Shown piece after piece: positions 35,836 to 45,837 of a stretch of 64,000 nucleotides of DNA (the stretch's first letter is position 1; each line of letters opens with the position of its first letter). The notes beneath the pieces were generated by a model. The model was not told the origin of the DNA. It did not search any database and saw nothing but the letters and a program-made list of their open reading frames with translations. Source of the DNA: Alphaproteobacteria bacterium (lineage in GTDB: Bacteria > Pseudomonadota > Alphaproteobacteria > UBA828); the NCBI GenBank assembly GCA_963422645.2, contig CAXXVO010000004.1, positions 602,539 through 666,538 on the forward strand, read 5' to 3'. The translations under genes and the position numbers were made by a program.

Positions 35836-36684
35836 CTCCCCCACCACCCCGTCCGTCCAAACGACGAGGTGTGTTCATGGACACAAATCCAAGGGGGTCA
35901 ATTTTGGACGCCGATCACCCCCAATAGGGGGTCACTTTTCCACGCTTAACAACACTCCTGCAGCGCCGGCACCACGTCGGCTTCGATGGCCGCGACCATC
36001 TTCGGGTCCAGCGGCTTGTGCAGACAGAGCAGCGGCTTGCCGCCCAGAGCGTTGATCCAGTAGCTGGCGCTCGCCGGCAGGCACAGCTTCTCGCGCGAGA
36101 CGAAGTGCTTGGGCAAGCGCCCCTTGCGGCCGGAGTAGACCTTGACGTGCCCGTCGATGGCCAGCGTCGCCCAGAGCTCCGGCTCGTCGGCCTGCCAGCG
36201 CCTGGCAAGGGCGAGCTGCCACGCCCGCACGCCGGCCTCGTCGTCGGCGATGAGAGCGATCTTGCGGCGCAGCGTCTTGACCTCGGGGCAGCGATCGAGG
36301 CCGAGAATGGCGCCCCATTCGCCCGGCGCCTGGTAGCGCAGGCTCTCGGGGTTGCGCACCCGCGCCAAGGTCATGAAGGCCAGGAAGAGCAGGATCGTAG
36401 GCAAGCCGTAATAGCCCTTCGGCAGCAATGGCAGGAGACCGGTCTCGGAGAGAAGACCTTCCTTCAGCAGGGCCGGCAGGGCGGCGAGCACGCCGCCGAA
36501 GCGGACACCGCGGGCGGCGGCGGCGAACTGCGGTTCGACCGGCCCCGCCTGTCCACAACTGGCCAGAACCCGAGCCGGAACATCGCAAGTCGCACGCCCC
36601 ATCGGCGCCTGCCGGTCCCGCCGATCGCGCGCGCTGCGATCCGTTTGCGGCTGCGCTTCCAGCCCCGGCGCCGTCTCCGGCCCC

Positions 36685-39158
36685 CAATGGCATTCACTTA
36701 GCGGTTTTCGACTGTTCACTTAAGGAGTCGTGTTCTTGCGCTGTCGGTTGCGTGCGTTTCTGTCGTTCAGGTGTTCAGGCGACGGCCCGCTTTGCGCGTG
36801 CCCACTTGCCGCGGGGTTTGCGCGACCTGCGTTCGCAGGACCGGCCGGGGCGCGGGCGCTGACGCGCCTGGTTGATGCAGGAGAGGACATGGCTGAGGGT
36901 TTCGGCGACCATCGCCGTATGGCGCAGCAGCAGCGCTTCGAGGTTGCGCGCGACGGTGGCGAGGCCGTTGCTGAAGTTGGCTTTCATCGCCGGCTTGCCG
37001 TCGGCAGGGCGCTCGGCGTCGAGGCTTGCGTTGCTGCGGTTGGTGAAGAGCCGGGTCATGGCGATGAGGTTGAAGTGGGCGAAGAGCTCCTGGCGGACGC
37101 CGCGCTCGGTCTGGCTGTGGAAGGCCTCGACGGCCATGGCCTGTTTCGAGGTCTTGTAGAGTTCCTCGATTCCCCAGCGCGCGTGATAGAGCTCGGCCAG
37201 TTCCGCGACGCTCCAGGCCTTGGGGTCGAGGAGGGTGGTGGCGAGGATGAAGACCGTGCTGCCGATGCGGTAGCGGACCAGTCGCAGGCGCAGCGGGGTG
37301 GCGTCGACGTGCGGCGTCTTGCGGCGCAGCTTTCTCAGGGTGTCCTTTCCGGGAGCGACGGTGATCGGCGCGTCCGTGCGGCCGTCGGCGATGAAGGCGT
37401 CGAGGGCGGCGCCTGCCTTCTTCTTGATCCGGAACACGGGGTGCAGGCCGCGGGCGACATGGGCGTGCAGCATCTCCCAAGAGTAGTAGCCGCGGTCATA
37501 GACCACGATGTCGTTGGCCGAGAGCGCCTTGAGGTGGGCGAGGGCGGCCCTTCTTTCGTCGCCGTGCGCGACCAGGTCGAAGTCCACCGGGATGTTCGCG
37601 TGCAGCCGGTAGAGGCAACTCAGCAGGCCCTGCGGGTAGTGGGCCGCCTCGGAGGGCGTGCGGTAGCCGGCCTTGAGCAGCGGCCGCGGCAGGTTGAGCT
37701 TGGAGCCGTCGACCGCGAACACGCGGTGGCCCTTCCAGGCCGGGCCGTCGGCGCGCTTGAGGATCTCGGCGTGCAGCGTCTTGAACACCGCCTCGTCGAC
37801 CTTGGCCCGCGCCATGCACATCGCCGAGGCCGAGACCGGCGCCGGCTGCGGCAGTGCGACGCCCAGGACCCGGCACTGCTCCCACAGCCCGGCCAGCGTC
37901 GTGGCGTAGCCCGCGCGGCCGTTCGAGAACGCCAGCCGGAAGATGAAGAGCATGACGAGAAGGGTGTCGAGGACCCGCCGGCGGCTCTGCCACACCCGGT
38001 CGTGATCGGCGGCCACCGCCGCCAGTGCGCCGATCAGGTCCTGCCACAGCGCCACGAAGGGATCGTCCGGCGCCAGCGCTGCCGGCCGTGTCCTGTTCCC
38101 GCGCCGCGCCGGCCGCGGGCCTTCGAGCAGGATCGAGCGGAAGTCCGGCGTCAGCGGGTAGACGTAGACGCTTTTGCGGGTCTTGCCCTTGCCGCCCCCG
38201 GTCTCGCCGAGACAGCGCCAGTTGGCCGCGCGGTAGCAGGCGCCGTCGAAGAGGCTGGGGTCCACGAAGGTCTCCACCAGAACCGGGCGCGCTCCGAAGC
38301 GCGCCTCCCAGTCGCCGGGCAGCTGGCGCAGCGCCATCGACAGCGCTTTCGACGCCAGGTTGTCGACCCGGACCCAGGGAAAGATCAGGAAACGCGTGTG
38401 ACCCACGACCAGATCGAGGTGCTTGCGGAAGCCTTCCGCCGGCCACCCGATCCACTCGTCGCGGCAGGGCAGCGTGCGCGACGCCCGGGCAAACAGAAGG
38501 CAGCCCAGAGGCCGCCCGTGGCGGTCCAGGAGAAAATAGCGCAGATGCGCGCCGACCAGACGATGCAGCCCGAGATAGTGGTGGCGCGCGACGAACTCGT
38601 TCCACAGCCCGCCCTCCTCCTTGCCCGCCGCAATCGACAGGCGCAGCGGCATCAGCGCGGCCAGGTCCTCCGCGATCGCCGCGGCCGGCGCCGTCCGCTC
38701 GCTCCGGGCCATCGCCTCCTGCGGCCCCCGCACCTGCGCCTCGTCCCGCGCCGGCAGGGTCAGGATGCCCAGCCGCTCCAACTCCTCCAGCATCCGCAGG
38801 CAGACCGCGACACGGTTCCGCCCGCTCGGCGCGCGCCAGTTCAAATGCTCGCAGATCGTGTGCCCGAGCTCGTTGCGGCTGATCGCCGGAAACAGCGCCA
38901 CCGTCTCCTGGATGTCGGCAATCTGCCGGCGGGTCAGACGTCTGCCGAAAAAGGTCGTCGACTTCAGCGCGGTGATGCGGGGGTCCATGGGCCGGCTCCA
39001 CTGACAGGGGGACAGCCACAGTGTGCCAAAGCACACGCCGCCGGTCAATCCCCCTCGTGCGGGAAACGCCGAGACCGACAATCCACACAAGAAATCAACT
39101 CGTTACGACACCACCAAAAAAACCCCGGAACAATCTTCGCGCCAAATGAATGCCATTG
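36685..39158 (-). mobile_element. IS4-family element
   Basis: IRs CAATGGCATTCACTTAGCG / CGCCAAATGAATGCCATTG (17/19). Confidence 0.88.
36775..38988 (-). CDS. DUF4338 (DruA-like) domain fused to an IS4 DDE transposase
   Basis: HHYLG...RDEWIGW...RFLIFPWV...NLAS...VETFVD...YRAANW, then VDGSK, YDRGY, YHARWGIEELYK. Confidence 0.85.
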   Translation of the reverse strand: MDPRITALKSTTFFGRRLTRRQIADIQETVALFPAISRNELGHTICEHLNWRAPSGRNRVAVCLRMLEELERLGILTLPARDEAQVRGPQEAMARSERTAPAAAIAEDLAALMPLRLSIAAGKEEGGLWNEFVARHHYLGLHRLVGAHLRYFLLDRHGRPLGCLLFARASRTLPCRDEWIGWPAEGFRKHLDLVVGHTRFLIFPWVRVDNLASKALSMALRQLPGDWEARFGARPVLVETFVDPSLFDGACYRAANWRCLGETGGGKGKTRKSVYVYPLTPDFRSILLEGPRPARRGNRTRPAALAPDDPFVALWQDLIGALAAVAADHDRVWQSRRRVLDTLLVMLFIFRLAFSNGRAGYATTLAGLWEQCRVLGVALPQPAPVSASAMCMARAKVDEAVFKTLHAEILKRADGPAWKGHRVFAVDGSKLNLPRPLLKAGYRTPSEAAHYPQGLLSCLYRLHANIPVDFDLVAHGDERRAALAHLKALSANDIVVYDRGYYSWEMLHAHVARGLHPVFRIKKKAGAALDAFIADGRTDAPITVAPGKDTLRKLRRKTPHVDATPLRLRLVRYRIGSTVFILATTLLDPKAWSVAELAELYHARWGIEELYKTSKQAMAVEAFHSQTERGVRQELFAHFNLIAMTRLFTNRSNASLDAERPADGKPAMKANFSNGLATVARNLEALLLRHTAMVAETLSHVLSCINQARQRPRPGRSCERRSRKPRGKWARAKRAVA

Positions 39159-39928
39159 CGCCGCGGCGGGGCACCGGTACTCTCTTCATCGACACGGCCT
39201 TCAGGAGCCGCACCCGCGTCAGGCGGCGCAGCCAGCGCTGAGCGTCCGGGCTCCCCATCCGCCTCCGTGTTGCCGATCAGTCCCTGACGGCGCCACTTGT
39301 TGACCGATGGCGCTGACACGCCGAGAACCCGGGCCGCCGCAGAGCCGCTCAGGCCCGATGCCAGCAACGCCGTCGCCTTCTCCGCCAACTCCGGAGTGAA
39401 CACCGACGGCCCGCGACCGCGCCGGGGCTTCATGAACCCCGCTTCGCCCTCGGCCAGGTAGCGCCGTCGTGCGCGCTGCACCGTCGCGCGCGAGACAGCG
39501 AAAGCGTCAGCCAGTTCCTGCGGCGAGACCGCGCTGATCGCCGCGAGGCGGCCGATCCGCAAGAGCATGGCCGTGCGGTCATCGGCGGCGTGGCTGTCAA
39601 AGGGAATGAGGTTGGAAAAGTAGGTGAAGGTGTCGTCCGAGATCAGGACGGCGAAGCAGCTGTTGCCGATCGAGACCGCCTCTGGAGGGCACATTGGGAG
39701 GGTACTGGGCATGGTTGAGACCCCGTGCAATTGGTATCAAATTATAATATCAGACCTCGGGCGCGACACCCAGCGAAAAACCGCCTGAAACAACCGAAAT
39801 GTATCAGAATTCAAGGAGTTCCCGGCACGCTGCCCAGAACAGCCAGCATCACGAGGTCAGGAAGTCTGAGAATATACTAAGAACTGCATACCACATCTAG
39901 GGCAAAACTCTATATATAGAGGGATATG

Positions 39929-40207
39929 ATATACTTACCAGCGACTCGAGATAGCTCGGATGCATTCGTGAACGCTAACGCCCACGAACGCTGGCCTTCC
40001 TCTGGTGCCCCGAACCGCTAAATTCGCTAACCGAAGCATGCTGTCGTCGGCCCGCGGGGTAGGACGCTTCTGCCTGCGCTGGCCGGGTCTCGTCGTCTTC
40101 GCTGTCGTCATCGCGTTCTCAGCGCTTCTTTCTACCCTCGTCGGGCCTCAGTCCCATGCCCAGAGCCAAGACACGAATGCTACCGATATTTGGGTCGACG
40201 ACGGTGG
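39929..40207 (+). repeat. 279-bp direct repeat (identical to 42131-42409), long target duplication of IS1634
   Basis: ATATACTTACC...CGACGGTGG abuts both IS ends. Confidence 0.92.
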
Positions 40208-42130
40208 CCTGACTTCGACGGTTGATTCGCGTAAGTATTTGAAATTGGCCGGTTCTCATTTCCGGCCAGGCACTACATCCGGCGGCGCTGCGAGACCGGG
40301 CCGGGTTTCGTCGGCGGTCAGTCGAGCTGGTACGGGGTGATCGTCAGGGGCAGCCCCATGGTCGCATAGATCTGTTCCGCCGCCGGTGTCGGCTTGGAGG
40401 GGATGACGTAGCGGTTGCCTGATTGGCGGCAGCGCAGGACCGAGCATTGGCGGTGGACGAGGGCGGAGCGGATGACTTCCGGGGACATCCGCCGCTTCTG
40501 GATGGCGACGCGGTAGGCGAGGTGGCGGACGCAGGCGAAGGCCATGAAGGCGATGGCGATGTGGGCGCGGATCCGGTCCGGGTTCCAGTGCCAGATGGGG
40601 CGCACCCGCAGGTCGTGCTTGGTGATCCGGAAGCTCTCCTCGACCTGCCAGAGCCCGTGGTAGTGAGACATCACTTCGGTGACGCTGGCGTCGCGCAGAT
40701 TGGTGATGACGCCGGCGAGCCCGTCCCATCGCTCGGCCTCGGCGATCTTCTCCGGGTTCACCGTGAGCCGGGCTTCGCCCTCGACGGCGATGAAGCGCTT
40801 CGCCCCGTGATTGGAGAGCAGCTCCTTCGGATTGTCGCTGCGGGCCAGCCTGTCGAGCAGGCGCTCCACCTGCTTGCGGCGCTCGTGTGCGTCCGTGCGC
40901 GCGCGCACGGGGCAGAAGACGACGATCAGGCGCCGGCCCTTGTGCTCCCATTCGCCGACCCGGCGCTTCTCCGGGCCCTCCAGCGGGGCATAGGTGCCCG
41001 GGTCGAGAATCTGCTTCCGCAGCGCGAGCGGCAGCTTGCGCAGCCGCGCGCCGACGACGTACTCGCCGCCGATCGTGTCCATGGCGTCGAGGTTGTCGGC
41101 GCTCAGCATGCCCCGGTCGGCCACGCACACCGTGCGCTCCACCTGGTGGCGGCGCTGCATGTCCTGCAAGACCGGGACCAGGCTGTGCCCCTCGTAGGTG
41201 GCGCCGGGAAAGACCTCGTAGCCGATCGGCAGCCCTTCGCGCGTCACCATCAATGCCAGCAGGACCTGCGAGTCCTTGTGCTTGCCGTCCTTGCTGAAGC
41301 CGTGCTGGCGAAGCTCGTCCTCAACCGCGGTCTCGAAGTAGAGCGTGGTGCAATCGAAGAAGAGGAGCGCGACCGGCTCCGGCAGCAGCGATCGGCTCGC
41401 CTCGCCCACCTGCGTGCGCAGACGCTCGATCACGGTCGCGCCGAGTTGGTCCATCATGCGGTAGACCTTCTCAAGGGGAAGGCTCACGCCGAAGTCCTCC
41501 TCGAGCCGGCGCACGCTGCCCCGCTTGCTGTCGGGGTTGGCGATGCGTGCCATCACCACGTGGAACAGCGCGTCGTGCGAGGCCCGGTAGCGCGATCGCG
41601 GCAGCAGCGCATCGAGGCCCAGCAGGCGGTACATCTCGCCGTAGACCTCGTGGACGCCAGTGATCAGGCGCTGCTCCTCTTCGAGTTGCTTGAGATCGAC
41701 CGGGAGTTCCTGCTTGCCGTCGCCCTGGCGTCCGACGCGGATCACCTGGTCTGCGATCTTCTCGGGCGCAAACAGCAAAGGCTGGCGCTGGTCCTCCAGC
41801 TTCGCCTTGACGTACTCGCCGAGCTGCCTCAGGCGCTCGAGCTCGTCCTCGTCCATGGCCACGCCGATGTGGCGAACGATGCGCTGTCGGACCTTGCCGC
41901 CGTCGCGCACGGCCTCGACGAGCTGGACCGAGCGTCGCGGGCTGTTGGGCGTGGTCTTGATGCGAACGAACACGGGGAAAGTGTAGCGCGCGGCGGGGGT
42001 ATCGACAACCACATATACCTACTAGGCACTACAAAGCGGCTTGACCGCACCGCAACTTCTAAGTCATTGTCTTTGCAGAAAACTCCAGACGGGAGATCAG
42101 CCAAAATCCGGCCCAACCGTCGAAGTCAGG
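40208..42130 (-). mobile_element. IS1634-family element
   Basis: 17-bp perfect IR CCTGACTTCGACGGTTG. Confidence 0.92.
40318..41973 (-). CDS. IS1634-family transposase
   Basis: LVEAVRDGGKVRQR, FFDCTTLYFE, GFSKDGK, VADRGM, YHGLWQVEESFRITK..LRVRPIWH. Confidence 0.93.
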   Translation of the reverse strand: MFVRIKTTPNSPRRSVQLVEAVRDGGKVRQRIVRHIGVAMDEDELERLRQLGEYVKAKLEDQRQPLLFAPEKIADQVIRVGRQGDGKQELPVDLKQLEEEQRLITGVHEVYGEMYRLLGLDALLPRSRYRASHDALFHVVMARIANPDSKRGSVRRLEEDFGVSLPLEKVYRMMDQLGATVIERLRTQVGEASRSLLPEPVALLFFDCTTLYFETAVEDELRQHGFSKDGKHKDSQVLLALMVTREGLPIGYEVFPGATYEGHSLVPVLQDMQRRHQVERTVCVADRGMLSADNLDAMDTIGGEYVVGARLRKLPLALRKQILDPGTYAPLEGPEKRRVGEWEHKGRRLIVVFCPVRARTDAHERRKQVERLLDRLARSDNPKELLSNHGAKRFIAVEGEARLTVNPEKIAEAERWDGLAGVITNLRDASVTEVMSHYHGLWQVEESFRITKHDLRVRPIWHWNPDRIRAHIAIAFMAFACVRHLAYRVAIQKRRMSPEVIRSALVHRQCSVLRCRQSGNRYVIPSKPTPAAEQIYATMGLPLTITPYQLD

Positions 42131-43957
42131 ATATACTTACCAGCGACTCGAGATAGCTCGGATGCATTCGTGAACGCTAACGCCCACGAACGCTGGCCTT
42201 CCTCTGGTGCCCCGAACCGCTAAATTCGCTAACCGAAGCATGCTGTCGTCGGCCCGCGGGGTAGGACGCTTCTGCCTGCGCTGGCCGGGTCTCGTCGTCT
42301 TCGCTGTCGTCATCGCGTTCTCAGCGCTTCTTTCTACCCTCGTCGGGCCTCAGTCCCATGCCCAGAGCCAAGACACGAATGCTACCGATATTTGGGTCGA
42401 CGACGGTGGGAATGTAGAGGCAAGCACGTCCACACTGACGATCAACGAAGGAGAGACCAAGAGCTACAGCGTGCGGCTTACGAAGCAACCACACGAGGGA
42501 GCCGATCAAGACTGGTGGGTCATGATCGTGGTCGACGGCCATCGGCGCCCCGCCAGCCACTATCCTGATGAGAAGAATCCGATCGTCAGCTGGTCACCAT
42601 CGATCGGCAGAACATTCGACAAGGGCGACTGGGACCGATGGAAAGACATTTCAATAACGGCGCACCAGGATGACGATGATGATGATCACACAATAATCTT
42701 TTCCTCCGAACTGTGGGATCACGACGCCTACTGTCCTCCAGACTTGCATGGGGGTGGCACACCCCTGGCGATGGTGACCGTCCACATTATTGACGACGAT
42801 GGCGACTTGCCGAGCCTGTCTATCGATGACACGTCGGTCGACGAGGGAGAGGAGGCAGAATTCGTCGTAAAGCTGAGCAAGGTGAGTGACGAAACCGTCA
42901 CGGTGAGGTACGCGACGTCGGGAGGAACCGCCACCGAGGGCACGGACTACACCCGTGAAACCGGCTCACTCACCTTCGACCCTGGCCAAACACAAAAGTC
43001 CGTCGAAGTGCAGACGAGGGAGGACGAGCGCGACGAACCGAACGAGGAGTTCTCCCTAACCCTGAGCAACCCCGACCGCGCTGCGCTGAGCAGGGGCACG
43101 GGAACCGGGACGATCACCGACGACGACGATCCGACTCTCTCCATCGCGGATGCGACACCGGTGGTCGAGGGCGGGACGGCACAATTCGTCGTGACGATGA
43201 GCATAGAGAGCACGCAAAGCGTGACGGTTACCTACGGGACGAGGAGCGGGACGGCAGTCGCGGGACAGGATTTCGAAACGACGTCAGAGACACTGACTTT
43301 CGGCGGGATCAACTCATCGCTAACCCAGACCATCTTCGTGCCCACAATCGACGACCTGATCGACGAGGAGGACGGGAAGGAGTTCACGGTAACGCTGAGC
43401 AGCCCGAGTGGCGGGACGATCAAGTCGGGCGAAGGCACCGCGACAGGGACCATCAACGACAACGACGATGCGGCTCTTTCCATCGCGGACCTCGTGACGG
43501 TGGGGGAGGGAACGACCGCGCGGTTCGACGTGACGCTAGACCCGACAAGCGACCGGATCGTGACAGTGGCTTACCAGACGATGGGCGTAACGGCCACAGA
43601 AGACGTGGACTACACCGGGGCGAACGGCACTCTCACATTCTCGCCCGGCGAATCAATCGAGACCATCGACGTGTCGACCACACTTGACGAGATTGCTGAG
43701 TCGGATGAGACGTTCACGGTGACCTTGAGCAGCCCCAACGGCGCCACCCTCTCGAACAGCAGCGGAACGGGGACGATCACCGATACTGACGTGCCGGAGA
43801 TCTCAATCGCAGACGCGGCGCCGGTGGTGGAAGGAGGCACAGCCGAGTTTACCGTGACGTTGAGCATGCAGAGCACGCGAGAGGTGACGGTCGGTTTCCA
43901 GACGGTGGACGAAACAGGGGCTGGAAAGGCCACACCGATCGCGGACTACAACAAAAT

Positions 43958-45837
43958 GTAACTGCCCAGGTTCTTGCTGTGAAAATTCTCTGGGATTCGG
44001 CACAACGCTACCCACGCGACGCCCGTGTGCTCCTCTGGGGTCGCCGGGTTTCACAGCTCACGATGCCCCTCTTGCGGACTGCGACCGGTAAGCTACCCCG
44101 ATGTGGCCCGAAGTCCGCCCGCGCGACGGGCACCGATTTTCATTCTATGGGGTGGTCCAGCACGGCGTCGACCATGATCGTTTATGAGAATGGCTCCGCT
44201 GTTGGAGAACCCGTGCCAGGTGAGCTTACGCGCACTTGACGGTGGCGATGAGCCGATCCGATGGGCTGGTCAGGGCTTCGATGATATTCCAGCCCTGCTT
44301 TCTGGCGGTGGTGATGACGCTGCGCAGGATGGCGAAGTTCTCGGCCCCCTGCGCGGACCGGAAGCCCCCGGAGATCTTCTGGCGCAGCTTCATCATCCGA
44401 AGGTCGCGCTCGGCCTCGTTGTTCGTGAACCCGACCTCGAGGTCGATCAGGAACCGGAGCACCGCGCATTTGTGGTCGCGCAGCCTCAAGGCCGGATTGT
44501 GACCGATCCTTCGCTTCCGGCGCTTCTTCCTCTTGCCAGGCGAGAACGGTGGTTGGCTCTCGTGAAAGGCCAGCGCATCGGCGATGATCTCGTCGTATCG
44601 GCGCTCGATCAGCGCCACAAGCCTCGCCGGAACGGCGATATCCTTGTCCAGCGCGATGCGGGCGGCGCGATTGGCTCGGCGCAGGAGCTGCTGCATCCGC
44701 CGGGCCCAAGCCTCCCCTTCGATGTCCACCAGCGCCTGCAACTCCCGCAGGTGATGGGCGTTGCACAGGCCGTGCTCCACCCCTTCCATCGCGAAGTACG
44801 GCTTCCAGTGATCGTGCACGACGATGCCGGAGACACCCGAGAGCAGGGCGCCGCGCTTGCCGCTGACCCGGTACGCCGCCAGCAGCGGCGTGCAGATCAC
44901 ATGAAGCCACTGCGTCTGACCGCCGATCCGCAAGCCGGTCTCGTCCATGTGTTTCACCCGCGCCGTGCCCGCCGCCAGGTCCTGTATGTGCAAGGCCGCG
45001 TCCCGCAAGCCGCTCGGCCGCCCTCTCGCTCATCGTCGCCAACGTCGCAGCCGTCACCGGCGCGCCGAAGAGCTCGGCCATCACCTGCGACAGCCGATCC
45101 TCCGGCAGGAAGTGAGCGTGCTGAAGGTAGACCGCCACCCCGGCAATGCGCGGGCCGTACTGCACCGGCGCCGACACCCCGTCGGGGAACGCCGCCCGGG
45201 TCACCGTCCCGCAATGCCCGCAGCACTTGGCATGCGCCCGGTGCTCGGTCACCTCCAGGGGGCTCGGCTCGGGCAGATCGAACACCTGGCGGGCGACGGG
45301 CGTTCCCGCCCTGGCCGCGTCCGAAAGCGGCGAACCGCATCCCTTGCAGGAAGCCGGGACGTGATCCTTCACCCGATCCGGGTGATCGGCGCGGCGCAGC
45401 GTCTTGCCCTTGTGGCCGGGCTGGCCACCGGGCTTGCGGCCCGATTTGCCGCGCAGGCTTCGGGTTCGCCGCTTCGAATTCGGCTTCCTCAGCCCATCGC
45501 TCGAAGGCGGCTTGCCGCTGTTGAGGCCGAGACGGCGCTCCAACTCCTCGATGCGCTCGACGAGACGCGCGACTTGCTCTTCCAGCCGCGCGTTCTGCTG
45601 CCGAAGCCAGGCATTTTCCTCCCGAAGCCGGGCGTTCTCCTCCTCCAGGCGGGCGATCTTCTGCGCGGGCGTTTCGGGCGCTGCTCCCGTCGAAGGGCCG
45701 CGCGGCGACTCGGGATTGCTCATGTCGTTGTTGAGTCATTTCCCGAAATTCCCGTCAAGCCCTTTCCACCAACTCCGAACGAGAAACGCCTCAATCCACT
45801 GGCCCAAAATGACAAATCAGACGACCTGGGCAGTTAC
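43958..45837 (-). mobile_element. IS66-family element (single tnpC, ISBst12-like), frameshifted, copy 1
   Basis: GTAACTGCCCAGGT IRs, AACAAAAT 8-bp duplication; KPPSSD, GGQPGHKG, DETG, CNAHHLREL, TNNEAERDLR. Confidence 0.94.
43974..44183 (-). mobile_element. Non-autonomous IS110-derived mini-element nested in the IS66 3' end
   Basis: First 46 nt match the IS110 left end at 58452-58497 (35/46 by manual alignment); internal 18-mer 17/18 identical to 56838-56855; ends TTTCACAGCAA versus TTTCACGGCAA. Confidence 0.78.

Larger units (their letters stand above)
33404..35954 (-). mobile_element. IS21-family element
   Basis: TGT...ACA ends with repeated TGACCCC motifs, CTCCTGCAG duplication, istAB. 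Confidence 0.94.
31285..39868 (-). mobile_element. Unclassified IS copy 2 carrying three nested insertions
   Basis: Same IRs, AGAAT duplication (31280-84 / 39869-73); transposase pieces are collinear with copy 1. Confidence 0.93.

Noticed and set aside
36775-38988. Druantia defence system
   Set aside because: Only a DUF4338 domain fused to a transposase within IS ends; no DruE helicase or other dru genes
40005-40340. 111-aa secreted protein
   Set aside because: Truncated duplicate of the adhesin start reading into the IS1634 end
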